In this document: one piece after another, positions 9,484-18,937 of the stretch
Layout: every line of letters begins with the position of its first letter
Position numbering within the stretch: the first letter of the stretch is position 1
Origin: Meiothermus sp.
GTDB lineage: Bacteria; Deinococcota; Deinococci; Deinococcales; Thermaceae
Direction: 5' to 3'
DNA length: 64,000 nt
Assembly (NCBI GenBank): GCA_033762915.1
Contig: JANRLD010000053.1
Location: 32,001-96,000 of the forward strand
Notes under the pieces: model-generated
Seen by the model: the letters and a program-made list of their open reading frames with translations, nothing else
Told to the model about the DNA's origin: nothing
The model's database searches: none
Program-made: the position numbers and the translations under genes

Positions 9484-9564
9484 TGTAGAAATTTAGCATG
9501 CGACACGTGTTTTTTGATCAAGATTGACTCTGTACTCTGCTCAATCCAGACGTAACGGAATAGC

Positions 9565-10017
9565 TCAGACCCGAATAAACTCCGCCACTTTCGTGTTGCG
9601 CCTCAACGCCCGCAAGTCCTCCTCGGTGGGCAACTGCGGGCGGTCGCGCTCGGCGTTGACCAGGCACAAGAAGCCTAGCGGCTCGCCCTCGGCGGCACGA
9701 AACTGGTGCCAGGTCAGGGGCGGGACCGAGATCAGGTCGTGGAGCTTGATGGGGCTCACTTCCTCGCCCACCAGACAGCTCCCGCTGCCGCGCAGGATCA
9801 TCACCGCGTGGACGTGCTGGTGGCGCTCAAGGGTGGAGTGCCCGCCCGGCCCCACCTCGAAGTAGCGCCACTGCGCCGCCAGCCCCTCGTCCTCGAACAG
9901 CACCTGCCGGGTCACATCCTTGAAGGGCGCAGAGCCCTCGGCCTTGTACTCCAGCACCTCCACGTCCTCCCAGGTGTAGTCGCGGTGGGCTCGCTTGGGC
10001 TTGGTGGCGGTCTTCAT
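9565..10017 (-). CDS. Cupin, probable methylthioxylulose-5-phosphate methylsulfurylase partner of the RLP
   Basis: HSTLERHQHVH and TWHQFRA metal motifs, GFLCLVN.ERDRPQ; adjacent to RLP. Confidence 0.75.
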   Translation of the reverse strand: MKTATKPKRAHRDYTWEDVEVLEYKAEGSAPFKDVTRQVLFEDEGLAAQWRYFEVGPGGHSTLERHQHVHAVMILRGSGSCLVGEEVSPIKLHDLISVPPLTWHQFRAAEGEPLGFLCLVNAERDRPQLPTEEDLRALRRNTKVAEFIRV

Positions 10018-10050
10018 GGGTACAGGATACGGGGAGGAGGAATGGAGATC

Positions 10051-10162
10051 AAAGGCAATCCCCCACCGCTACGCGGAGCCCCCTTGTTAAGGGGGCCAAA
10101 GACGGGTGTGGTTATGGCCCCCTTAACAAGGGGGCTGCCCGAAGGGCTGGGGGATTGCCTTT
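10051..10162. repeat. REP-like nested palindrome
   Basis: Perfect 15-bp outer inverted repeat (AAAGGCAATCCCCCA) and perfect 21-bp inner one (GCCCCCTTGTTAAGGGGGCCA). Confidence 0.85.
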
Positions 10163-10165
10163 AGC

Positions 10166-11257
10166 TCAAACCGCCACTCGAGCCACTTTTTGCACGAACT
10201 CTCGAGTGCGCTCGAGCATTCGGTCGCCCGCCGCCAGCAGGTTGCCGCCGATCAACAGCATCACGTCGTCGCCGTAAAAGCGCCCCATCTCCTCGACCCG
10301 CTCCACGGTCATGCCGCCGGCCGGGACCGGCAGGCAGGGGCGCACGCCGCCCCAGTGGCCGCGGGCGGCCTCGGCCAGGTCCATGCAGGTCTGGGTGGAG
10401 TAGCTAAAACGCCCGCCGTAGTTGGGGAAGATGGTGGCGTCGGCCCCGAACAGCCGGAACAGCCGGCCCAGCAGCACCGGCGGGGCAATGCGGTTGCCCG
10501 CGAAAGCCGGGTGGGCCAGCACCGCCATGTCCAGTTCGCCCACCAGTTCGTGAAAGACCGGCAGCCCGATCAGCATGGGGGCGATCATCACCACCTTGAC
10601 ACCCTCCTCGCGGGCCACCTTTAGGTTGGCCTCGAGCACCTTGGGGCCGCCCGCCAGCATGGGGGCGTAGAGGGTGGAGAGGCCCGTGGCGGCGTTGGCC
10701 CGGGCCACGGCCTTCTGGATGGCGGGGACGCGCAGGGCAAAGGGCGCGTAGGTCTGGTTGGTGATGCCGTGGTCGTCCTTGATAATGTCCAGACCCCCCA
10801 GCGCAAAGGTGTGGGCGAGGTCGGCCAGTTGAAGCGGCCCCAGGCCCTGCGGCTTGAGGGCGGTGCAGGTGAGGGGGCGGTCGTGGGCGTGTACCAGGTG
10901 GCGCAGGCCGGCAATGCCGTACTGTGGCCCCGCGTAGGCTGCGAGCAGTTCGGGGGGCAGCTCCAGGCCCACCAGTTCCACGTCCTCTTGCAGCGAGCAG
11001 TTGCCGAACAGCACGTTCATCAGGCCCGAGACCTGGAGGGCGGTGGTCTCGACCGCCATCTGCAGCTCGACCCGAAAGTAGCCCGGCTCGGCCTCCTCGA
11101 TCGAGGCGACCCTGGCCAGGATCTGCTCGAGAATCTCCGGCTGGCGCACCGCCGAGGGCGGCATCTCGATGCTCTGCTCGACGGCGAGGGCCTGGGCCCT
11201 GGCCTCGATGTCGGCGGGGGTAGACTCGAGGTGGTATACGGCGGTGAACCGGCTCAT
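10166..11257 (-). CDS. RuBisCO-like protein (form IV)
   Basis: ALKPQGL, DIIKDDHG active-site variant, LAHPAFAG, PVPAGGM; start reassigned to ATG 11257 behind TAGAAT. Confidence 0.92.
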   Translation of the reverse strand: MSRFTAVYHLESTPADIEARAQALAVEQSIEMPPSAVRQPEILEQILARVASIEEAEPGYFRVELQMAVETTALQVSGLMNVLFGNCSLQEDVELVGLELPPELLAAYAGPQYGIAGLRHLVHAHDRPLTCTALKPQGLGPLQLADLAHTFALGGLDIIKDDHGITNQTYAPFALRVPAIQKAVARANAATGLSTLYAPMLAGGPKVLEANLKVAREEGVKVVMIAPMLIGLPVFHELVGELDMAVLAHPAFAGNRIAPPVLLGRLFRLFGADATIFPNYGGRFSYSTQTCMDLAEAARGHWGGVRPCLPVPAGGMTVERVEEMGRFYGDDVMLLIGGNLLAAGDRMLERTREFVQKVARVAV

Positions 11258-11271
11258 AGCTCGTGCCGATT

Positions 11272-11952
11272 CTAACCCACGCCCGGGCGGGGCCTCTCGG
11301 TAGCGTAGTGGTTGAAAAGCATCGCGGTCGCGGCCGCCCCCAGGAGGTGCCAGAGCGCGTGCCCCTGGAGCAGGCTCTCCGGGGCGCACAGGAGCCTCGA
11401 GTTGTCCACAACCCACACCCCGAAGGCCAGCGCAAAGCTGCCCAGGCCCGCCCAGAACCAGCGGGCGTCCAGGCCGGGATTGCGGCGCAGGTGGAGCAGC
11501 TCAGAGATCACCCCCGCCACCAGCACCGCCGCGAACAGCCACCGCCGCAGCTCCGGCACGAACCACAGCAGCAGGGCCAGCACCGCCACCAGCACTGCGT
11601 AGGCCAGCGCGAAGGATTGACCCGAGATCCGCCGGTAGAGCAGGATCGGCACGCTCAGCAGGTACATCCCCAGCACGTCGACGAACTGCCCCGCGAAGCT
11701 CAGCGAGGCGTGGTAGAAGGCACTGCCCAGCCCCACCAGCGCCGCCGAGGCCGCAAACACGACCTGCATGCCGCGCAGCCGCGCCTCCACCCGCCGCGCC
11801 CCAATCCATGCCGCCGCCAGCACGAAGGCCAGCGACGACCAAGTGTTCACCGGCTGGCGCAGCCACCCCTCCCCCACCGCCTCACAGAAGCAGCCGCCGG
11901 GCATGCAGGTGGCCTGCCGCCAGCCCTCCCAAACCGAGGCCAGAGTGTCCAT
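11272..11952 (-). CDS. Ceramidase-like (CREST superfamily) membrane hydrolase
   Basis: FCE, NTWSS, GSAFYHAS, HALWH motifs; about 7 hydrophobic segments. Confidence 0.8.
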   Translation of the reverse strand: MDTLASVWEGWRQATCMPGGCFCEAVGEGWLRQPVNTWSSLAFVLAAAWIGARRVEARLRGMQVVFAASAALVGLGSAFYHASLSFAGQFVDVLGMYLLSVPILLYRRISGQSFALAYAVLVAVLALLLWFVPELRRWLFAAVLVAGVISELLHLRRNPGLDARWFWAGLGSFALAFGVWVVDNSRLLCAPESLLQGHALWHLLGAAATAMLFNHYATERPRPGVG

Positions 11953-11995
11953 CGCAATCCATAGTCTATGCCCGCCTAGGCTGTAAACTACCCCT

Positions 11996-12331
11996 ATGGT
12001 GGACTACGACCTCTCCGAATCGGCGCTGGTCAGCCTGGTGACGCTGTCCCTGGAGGGCCAGACCGGGCTGCGCTTGGCCCAGCCCGGCGCCCGCAGCGTG
12101 GGCGACGTGCTCTCCGGGCGGCGCGGGCGTCCGGTGCGTCTGGAGCGCGAGGGCGACAGCCTGACCGTTGACCTCAGCGTGTGCATTGACTACGGCAAGC
12201 CCGTCCAAGACCTGGCCAGAGAGGCCCAAAAGACCGTCGCCGATACCCTGGTCGCCAGCACCGGCCTCAAGGTGCGCTCGGTGAACGTGACGGTGGTGGC
12301 GGTGGAGTACAAGGAGCCGAATGCGGCCTAG
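11996..12331 (+). CDS. Asp23/Gls24 family protein
   Basis: VDL.V.IDYG...Q..V...L...TGLKV.SVNVTV; canonical position before nusB. Confidence 0.88.
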   Translation: MVDYDLSESALVSLVTLSLEGQTGLRLAQPGARSVGDVLSGRRGRPVRLEREGDSLTVDLSVCIDYGKPVQDLAREAQKTVADTLVASTGLKVRSVNVTVVAVEYKEPNAA

Positions 12332-12423
12332 CGGCGAGGGGGCAGGGAACACCCAGCAGGGGAAGGGGATTTACTGTTTCACTGTTCCCCGTCCTTTGCC
12401 GCCTACCTCCGCAAGGGGGCCCC

Positions 12424-12876
12424 ATGAGACGTAAGGCCCGCGAGCTCGCCTTCAAGGTGCTGTTCGAGCAAAGCTTCGGCAACTCGAGCTTTTCGGAGGC
12501 CTGGAACAACTCCACCCAGGGCCTCGAGCCCGACGAGGAGGCCGACGACGCGCTGGACAAGGAGGGGCTGAAGTTCGCCCTTGATCTGGTCGAGGGATTC
12601 GAGCAGCATGAGGCGGAGATCAACGGCGTGCTCGAGGCCACCATACAGGGCTGGAGCTTCGGCCAGATGGCCAAGACCGACCTAGCGGTGCTGCGCCTAG
12701 CCGCCTACGAGATGCTCTATCTCCCCACCCCCTACCCCGCCCTGATCGAAGTCGCGGTCAAGATCGCCAAGCGCTACGGTGGCGAGGACTCGGGCCGCTT
12801 CGTGAACGGCGTGCTGGCCCGGCTGCTAAAGCGGGTCGAGGCGGGAGAGTTGGCGGCAGTGGAGAAAAGCGGCTAG
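12424..12876 (+). CDS. nusB: Transcription antitermination factor NusB
   Basis: RRKARELA, DLAVLRLAAYE, FVNGVL. Confidence 0.96.
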   Translation: MRRKARELAFKVLFEQSFGNSSFSEAWNNSTQGLEPDEEADDALDKEGLKFALDLVEGFEQHEAEINGVLEATIQGWSFGQMAKTDLAVLRLAAYEMLYLPTPYPALIEVAVKIAKRYGGEDSGRFVNGVLARLLKRVEAGELAAVEKSG

Positions 12877-13064
12877 CCATTGGCAACCAGGTTGCGCCCG
12901 CATAAGATGTGCCATCGGCCGTCGCCCTGTGCGCCGACTGCGGGCGCGATCCCAGACGGGCGGCACACACGCCGAAGGCCTGTAGCTTCTACCTGAGGGC
13001 TCATTGCCAACCGCCAACCGCCCAGTACGGTCCCGTTTACCCGCGCACACATCGAGGTACGTCC

Positions 13065-13919
13065 ATGATCGAACTATCCGGCCCTCCCGTGGCGGAGGCG
13101 GTGTATGAAGAGCTGAAGGCCAAGCTGGCGGGACTGCCATATGTGCCGCATTTGCGGGTGGTGCGGGTGGGGGAAGACCCGGCCTCGGTGTCGTATGTGC
13201 GGCTGAAGGATCGGCAGGCCAAGAAGATCGGGCTTGACAGCCAGGTGGACGTGTTCGCCGAGGGCATCTCGCAGGAGGAGTTGCTGGAGCACGTCCGGGC
13301 GCTTAACGCCGACGACGGGGTGGACGGGATTCTGGTGCAGTTCCCCACCCCCAGGCACATCAGCCAGCAGGCGGTGCTCGAGACCATCAGCCCGCTCAAG
13401 GACGTGGACGGCCTGACCCCCGTGAGCGCAGGAAGGCTGTGGATGGGCGAGGAGGCCCTCGAGTCCTGCACGCCCGCCGGGGTGATGCGCATCCTGAGGT
13501 ACTACGGCGTCTCGGTATCGGCCAGGGAGGTGGTGATCATCAACCGCTCCAACCTGGTGGGCAAGCCACTGGCCGCGATGATGCTGCGCGAGAACGCCAC
13601 CGTCACCATCGCCCACTCCCGCACCGCCGACCTACCCGCAGTGGCCCGCCGCGCCGACATCCTGGTGACCGCCGTGGGCCGCCCCGGCTTCATCACCCCG
13701 GAGTGGGTCAAGCCCGGCGCCGCGGTGGTGGATGTGAGCATCAACCGCGTGGGCCAAAACGATAAGGGCCGCGACATCTTGGTGGGCGACTGCGCCCCGG
13801 AGGTCGCCTCCGTGGCCTCCGCCCTGACCCCCGTCCCCGGCGGCGTGGGGCCGATGACCGTGGCGATGCTGCTGTCCAACACGGTCACGGCGGCGATGCG
13901 GCGCCGGACGAAGCGGTAA
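13065..13919 (+). CDS. folD: Methylenetetrahydrofolate dehydrogenase/cyclohydrolase
   Basis: DPASVSYV..K, KDVDG, RSNLVGKP, TPVPGGVGPMTVAML; start at ATG 13065 after GAGG. Confidence 0.97.
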   Translation: MIELSGPPVAEAVYEELKAKLAGLPYVPHLRVVRVGEDPASVSYVRLKDRQAKKIGLDSQVDVFAEGISQEELLEHVRALNADDGVDGILVQFPTPRHISQQAVLETISPLKDVDGLTPVSAGRLWMGEEALESCTPAGVMRILRYYGVSVSAREVVIINRSNLVGKPLAAMMLRENATVTIAHSRTADLPAVARRADILVTAVGRPGFITPEWVKPGAAVVDVSINRVGQNDKGRDILVGDCAPEVASVASALTPVPGGVGPMTVAMLLSNTVTAAMRRRTKR

Positions 13920-14006
13920 CTGCACATCCGAGTCTCTAGGTGCGGGGTGTTGGCGGGGAACGCTCCAGGCCTTTAGCCGGCGGTTTTTGGTGGGTTTGCG
14001 AGGCCA

Positions 14007-14630
14007 TCAAGGGCTGTCTTGGTGTTCGGCCCCGAGCGTTCTGAAGATCAGGTCGCGGTAGTGCCTCGAGAGCGCCGCCAAGGTTAGCTTGCCGCTGGGG
14101 CGGTACCAGTGATAGGTCCAGTTAAGCGCCGAGAGCACGAAGAGCGAGGCCACCCGCACGTCGTCGACCTCGAAATCGCCGGCCTCGATACCATCCTCGA
14201 TGACCTGGCGGAAGTGGGCCTCGTAGGCGTCGCGGCGCTCGGTGATCTGCTTTTGCAGGTTGGGGTTGAGGAATTTCCACTCGTGAAAGAAGACCGTAGC
14301 GTTGTCCAGCTCCCGCACGATCACCTCAAGGTGACCCTCGATCAGCGATGAGAGGCGCTCTTTGGGCGGCAGGCTCTCGGGGATGGCCTCAGCACTGCCC
14401 AGAAAGCCGTCGGCGGCGCGGTTAACCAGCTCAAACAGCAATTCCTCCTTGGAGGCAATGTGGGCGTAGAGGCTGCCGCCTTGCAGGTTGACCGCCCGGG
14501 CCAGGTCCCGCATCGAGGTCGCGTGAAACCCCTGGGCGCTGAACAACTGCCCAGCGGCCTCGAGAATCTCGAGCCGCCGGTCGGAGCTTCTCTCCGAGCC
14601 CTGGTCTGCTAACAAACGCTTGTTCGCCAC
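14007..14630 (-). CDS. TetR-family regulator (KstR2/PaaR-like)
   Basis: HTH GFHATSMRDLA...SLYAHIASKEELL; LNWTYHWYRP.G. Confidence 0.9.
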   Translation of the reverse strand: MANKRLLADQGSERSSDRRLEILEAAGQLFSAQGFHATSMRDLARAVNLQGGSLYAHIASKEELLFELVNRAADGFLGSAEAIPESLPPKERLSSLIEGHLEVIVRELDNATVFFHEWKFLNPNLQKQITERRDAYEAHFRQVIEDGIEAGDFEVDDVRVASLFVLSALNWTYHWYRPSGKLTLAALSRHYRDLIFRTLGAEHQDSP

Positions 14631-14754
14631 CTTGCGGGCGAGTATAGGGGCAGGGATGGGAAAAGTCTAGGGGACAGGGCGAAAAAGCGAGAAAGGAGGA
14701 AAGAGCAAGGAGAAACCAAACCCGTTTCGCCTTCTCCCTCCCCTCTCCTCTCTT

Positions 14755-15270
14755 TTACGCTTGTCTGGGCCCCTGGCCCAGGCTCGCCCAGCCCTGAACC
14801 GGATCCCAGGGGTATACGATCCAGGCGTCGGTCTCGGTGGCGTAGAAGTCGGGGGAGTCGTCCTTGAACTGGTTTTTCTGGGGCTTGAAGTGCAGCACCG
14901 CCACCTTGGGCTTGCCGCCCGCGATCTTGATCCGCTCACGCACCGCCACCGCCGTCTTGCCCGAGTCCCACACGTCGTCCACGATCAGGATGCGCTTGCC
15001 GTAGATCAGGGTGTCGGCGGGGAACTGGAGAAAAATCGGGTCTTTGATGGTCTCGCCCACGTCGGTGTAGAACATTACGGCGGCGGTGAGGATGTTGCGC
15101 TGGTCGGTGGCCTCGGAGACTAGGCAGGCCGGGATCATCCCGCCCCGAGTGACCGCCAGGATGCAGTCGAACTCGAGCGGATTGAACTGCCCCAGCAGCT
15201 TCGACACGCAGCCCGTGATGTCCTGCCAGGTGAGGTACTGCTTGCCGGAGTAGTTTACGCCTTCGCTCAT
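14755..15270 (-). CDS. Type I phosphoribosyltransferase (purine PRT-like)
   Basis: TRGGMIPA, PRPP loop ILIVDDVWDSGKT, WIVYPW. Confidence 0.9.
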   Translation of the reverse strand: MSEGVNYSGKQYLTWQDITGCVSKLLGQFNPLEFDCILAVTRGGMIPACLVSEATDQRNILTAAVMFYTDVGETIKDPIFLQFPADTLIYGKRILIVDDVWDSGKTAVAVRERIKIAGGKPKVAVLHFKPQKNQFKDDSPDFYATETDAWIVYPWDPVQGWASLGQGPRQA

Positions 15271-15363
15271 AGGTCCCCCACAGGGGAGAAAAGAGAAAAA
15301 GGAAATCGGAAGGTGAAACCTCTGGGTCAATGCCTTCCCTTTCCCCCGTCCTCCTTACTCGCC

Positions 15364-16590
<1,227 letters not shown>

Positions 16591-16768
16591 AGCTAGTGGT
16601 GAATGCTAACACAAAATCGGCGCCAGGCTGTAGGTAAAAACCGATTCGAGACAGTCTGGCGGCCTGTGCGCCGGACCGCCCGGGTCTGCCCCTATCCGAA
16701 CCGCCAGGTGCGCTCCACACCGGCAGGGCCCGTCCGGCCCCCGGCCTCCAGACGGTAGACTGCCCAGC

Positions 16769-17287
16769 ATGGTAACTGTCGGTTCTACCAACCCGGCCAA
16801 GCTCGAGCCGGTGCGCCGGGTATTTGGCGAGGTCTTTCCGGGCCTCCAGGTGCGCGGCGTGGAGGTGCCCAGCGGCGTGCGCGACCAGCCCATCGGCTAC
16901 CAGGAGACCGCGCTGGGGGCGCGCAACCGGGCCGAGGCGGCGCTGGCGGTGGAGGGCGCAAGTTGGGGGCTGGGCCTCGAGGCGGGCGTGGAGTTCAACG
17001 ACCATGGGGCCTGGCTGTTCAATGTGGCCGTCATCGTGCGGGAGGACGGGAGGGCGGGGATGGCTCGAGGGGGCTCGGTGTGGCTACCGCCGGCCGTGGG
17101 CGAGCGGGTGCGGGCCGGCGAAGAACTTGGCCCGGTGATGGACAGTCTGGTGGGCCGCAAGGACACCAAGAAGGGACTGGGCGCGGTGGGCATCCTCACC
17201 CTCAGCCGGGTCGAGCGCATGGAGTTCTGGCGGCACACCCTCGAGCTGGCCCTGCCGCCCTTTTTGCGGCCCGAACTGTACCCGTGA
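16769..17287 (+). CDS. yjjX: Inosine/xanthosine triphosphatase
   Basis: GSTNPAK, SGVRDQP, GARNRA, GLEAG, GEELGPVMD. Confidence 0.9.
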   Translation: MVTVGSTNPAKLEPVRRVFGEVFPGLQVRGVEVPSGVRDQPIGYQETALGARNRAEAALAVEGASWGLGLEAGVEFNDHGAWLFNVAVIVREDGRAGMARGGSVWLPPAVGERVRAGEELGPVMDSLVGRKDTKKGLGAVGILTLSRVERMEFWRHTLELALPPFLRPELYP

Positions 17288-17347
17288 TGTGCCTGTATGA
17301 CGGCCAAGCAGAGACCCGGGCCCTGGCCAGGGAGGCGCTGGCTTCAG

Positions 17348-17497
17348 AGTTGCGCCAGGGTGAAGGCGCGGAATCAGCGGAAGCGGCAAATACGTGCCAG
17401 GGCGAAGTGGCTTGCGCCATAGCCGCAGAGCGGCTACCCGAGGCGCAATCCCCTGCGGGAACTGGCGGGTGAAACTTTGCACTGCAACTATGGAGAC
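17348..17497 (+). repeat. Repeat family A, copy 2
   Basis: AGTTGCGCCAGGGT...TGCAACTATGGAGAC, between convergent genes. Confidence 0.9.
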
Positions 17498-17498
17498 G

Positions 17499-17954
17499 CT
17501 AGCTTCCCCGGGCTTCTAGCAAAGCCTCCTCCACCGAGAGGTCGGCGTGGGGGCCGGGGACGGGGTCGCGGGGCAGAAACACGTAGCGCTGCTCGGGCAG
17601 GCGCAGCAGGCGCTGCACGCCCTCGCGCACCTGCTCGCTAAGGGCGAACCAGAGGTCGTAGATTTCGATGCGGCCTTGATCCACCAGGGCCTGGCCCAGC
17701 GGGGCGAAGTGCGGGGGCTGAAAGCCCTCGAGCCTGCCGGCGTCAATCACGCCCATCTTTAACAGCACCTCGCCGAGGGGCCGGGTGCCCCCCACGGCCT
17801 CGATGCGGCCCGCCCGGAGGTAGACCCGCAGGCCGGAGGGCTCGAGGCTGAGCATCCCGGTGGCCCCGCTGGCCCCCAAAGACTTCAGCATCTCCACCGC
17901 CGAGGGGGAGGGAAAGCCGCGCTGCGGCGTGGGTTGGTCGAGGAGGGTGTCCAT
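17499..17954 (-). CDS. DUF4388 (PatA-N-like) domain protein
   Basis: TGMLSL, GRI..V, PLGEVLL..G, PLGQALV. Confidence 0.7.
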   Translation of the reverse strand: MDTLLDQPTPQRGFPSPSAVEMLKSLGASGATGMLSLEPSGLRVYLRAGRIEAVGGTRPLGEVLLKMGVIDAGRLEGFQPPHFAPLGQALVDQGRIEIYDLWFALSEQVREGVQRLLRLPEQRYVFLPRDPVPGPHADLSVEEALLEARGS

Positions 17955-18080
17955 ATACTTAGCCTGATTCTAGGAGCAGGCCAGCGGTTTTGGGCGCGGA
18001 GGTTACAAGCTTAACGAGCCCATTACGGCCCCTGTTACAGGCGCCGGGGCAGTCTCGGGCGAAGGAGGCGTTCGCACGTC

Positions 18081-18503
18081 TTATAGCTCCAAACCCGCGA
18101 CCACATTGCCGACCGCGGCCTCGAGACGCCGGATGCGCTCGCGCAGGACGTCGGGGACTCGGGCCGGCCGCCCCCCCTCCAGCCATACCACCACCCCCAG
18201 GAGCCGCGCCGCCAGCTCCCCGTCGGCCCGGATCTCGCAGAGGTTCTTGAGGCTGGTGTTGCCCACGCTCACCACACGGCTAAACACCTCCACCCGCTCG
18301 TCGATTAGGATGGGCCGCGAAAAGTCCACCTCGGCTCGAGCCAGCACCATGCTGCCGCCGTCGAAGTCCACCTCCACCGCCCGGAAGTAGTGCCGCCGCC
18401 CCAGCTCGGCGTAACTCAGGTAGACCGCGTTGTTGACGTGGCCCAGCGGGTCGAGGTCGCGAAAGCGCACCTCGAGGCTGGTCTTGACCGGGAATCCGCT
18501 CAT
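18081..18503 (-). CDS. Acyl-CoA thioesterase (4HBT/hotdog fold)
   Basis: VRFRDLDPLGHVNNAVYLSY.E.GR. Confidence 0.9.
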   Translation of the reverse strand: MSGFPVKTSLEVRFRDLDPLGHVNNAVYLSYAELGRRHYFRAVEVDFDGGSMVLARAEVDFSRPILIDERVEVFSRVVSVGNTSLKNLCEIRADGELAARLLGVVVWLEGGRPARVPDVLRERIRRLEAAVGNVVAGLEL

Positions 18504-18622
18504 GGGGGTGATTGTATCCAACGGCGTATCGCCTACGGCAAAGTCGATGCGCCGGCAGTACGCACCACCCGTAATGCTTTGGTAAGGCCGCCCGGCTAGG
18601 GTGGGGTGCATAGGAGGCGGGT

Positions 18623-18937
18623 ATGGCCTATTGGAAAGTCACCGACGGGACGGTTATCTACACCGGGGCGCTGGTCGAAGGCTCGAGCCCCTTCGCCCAG
18701 CACCTGCGCCGCGAGCTGTTCGGCCTCACCCGTGGCGAGGGGCCGCTGGTCTGGTTGATGCAAGACCGCGACGGAGCCATCGACCTCGACCCCCAGAACA
18801 ACTGGCTGCTCGACCTGTGGATCCACAACGAGGCGGCCCTCGAGGGCCTCGGTGTCTACGAGACCAGCTACGCCCCCAACCCCGCCGACATGCCCCCGCA
18901 GGCGGCGCAGCGTTTACGGGAGAAGGGGCTAGCGTAA
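18623..18937 (+). CDS. Hypothetical protein
   Basis: AGGAGG RBS, host codon usage. Confidence 0.7.
   Translation: MAYWKVTDGTVIYTGALVEGSSPFAQHLRRELFGLTRGEGPLVWLMQDRDGAIDLDPQNNWLLDLWIHNEAALEGLGVYETSYAPNPADMPPQAAQRLREKGLA

Noticed and set aside
9579..9587. ACTCCGCCA matching the tRNA-Ser 3' end as a possible attR
   Set aside because: Only 9 bp, inside the cupin coding sequence, and no integrase; chance is sufficient.
10166..11257. Carbon-fixing RuBisCO
   Set aside because: Short, KDDH motif, and no small subunit or phosphoribulokinase nearby; form IV.
12877..13064. THF/ZTP riboswitch or N-terminal extension of folD
   Set aside because: No riboswitch consensus recognised; the region looks like a decayed family A repeat, and FolD homology starts at 13065.
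16591..16768. Lysine riboswitch upstream of aspartokinase
   Set aside because: No L-box consensus or terminator is visible, and a TAGCAT -10 box lies about 11 nt before the ATG.
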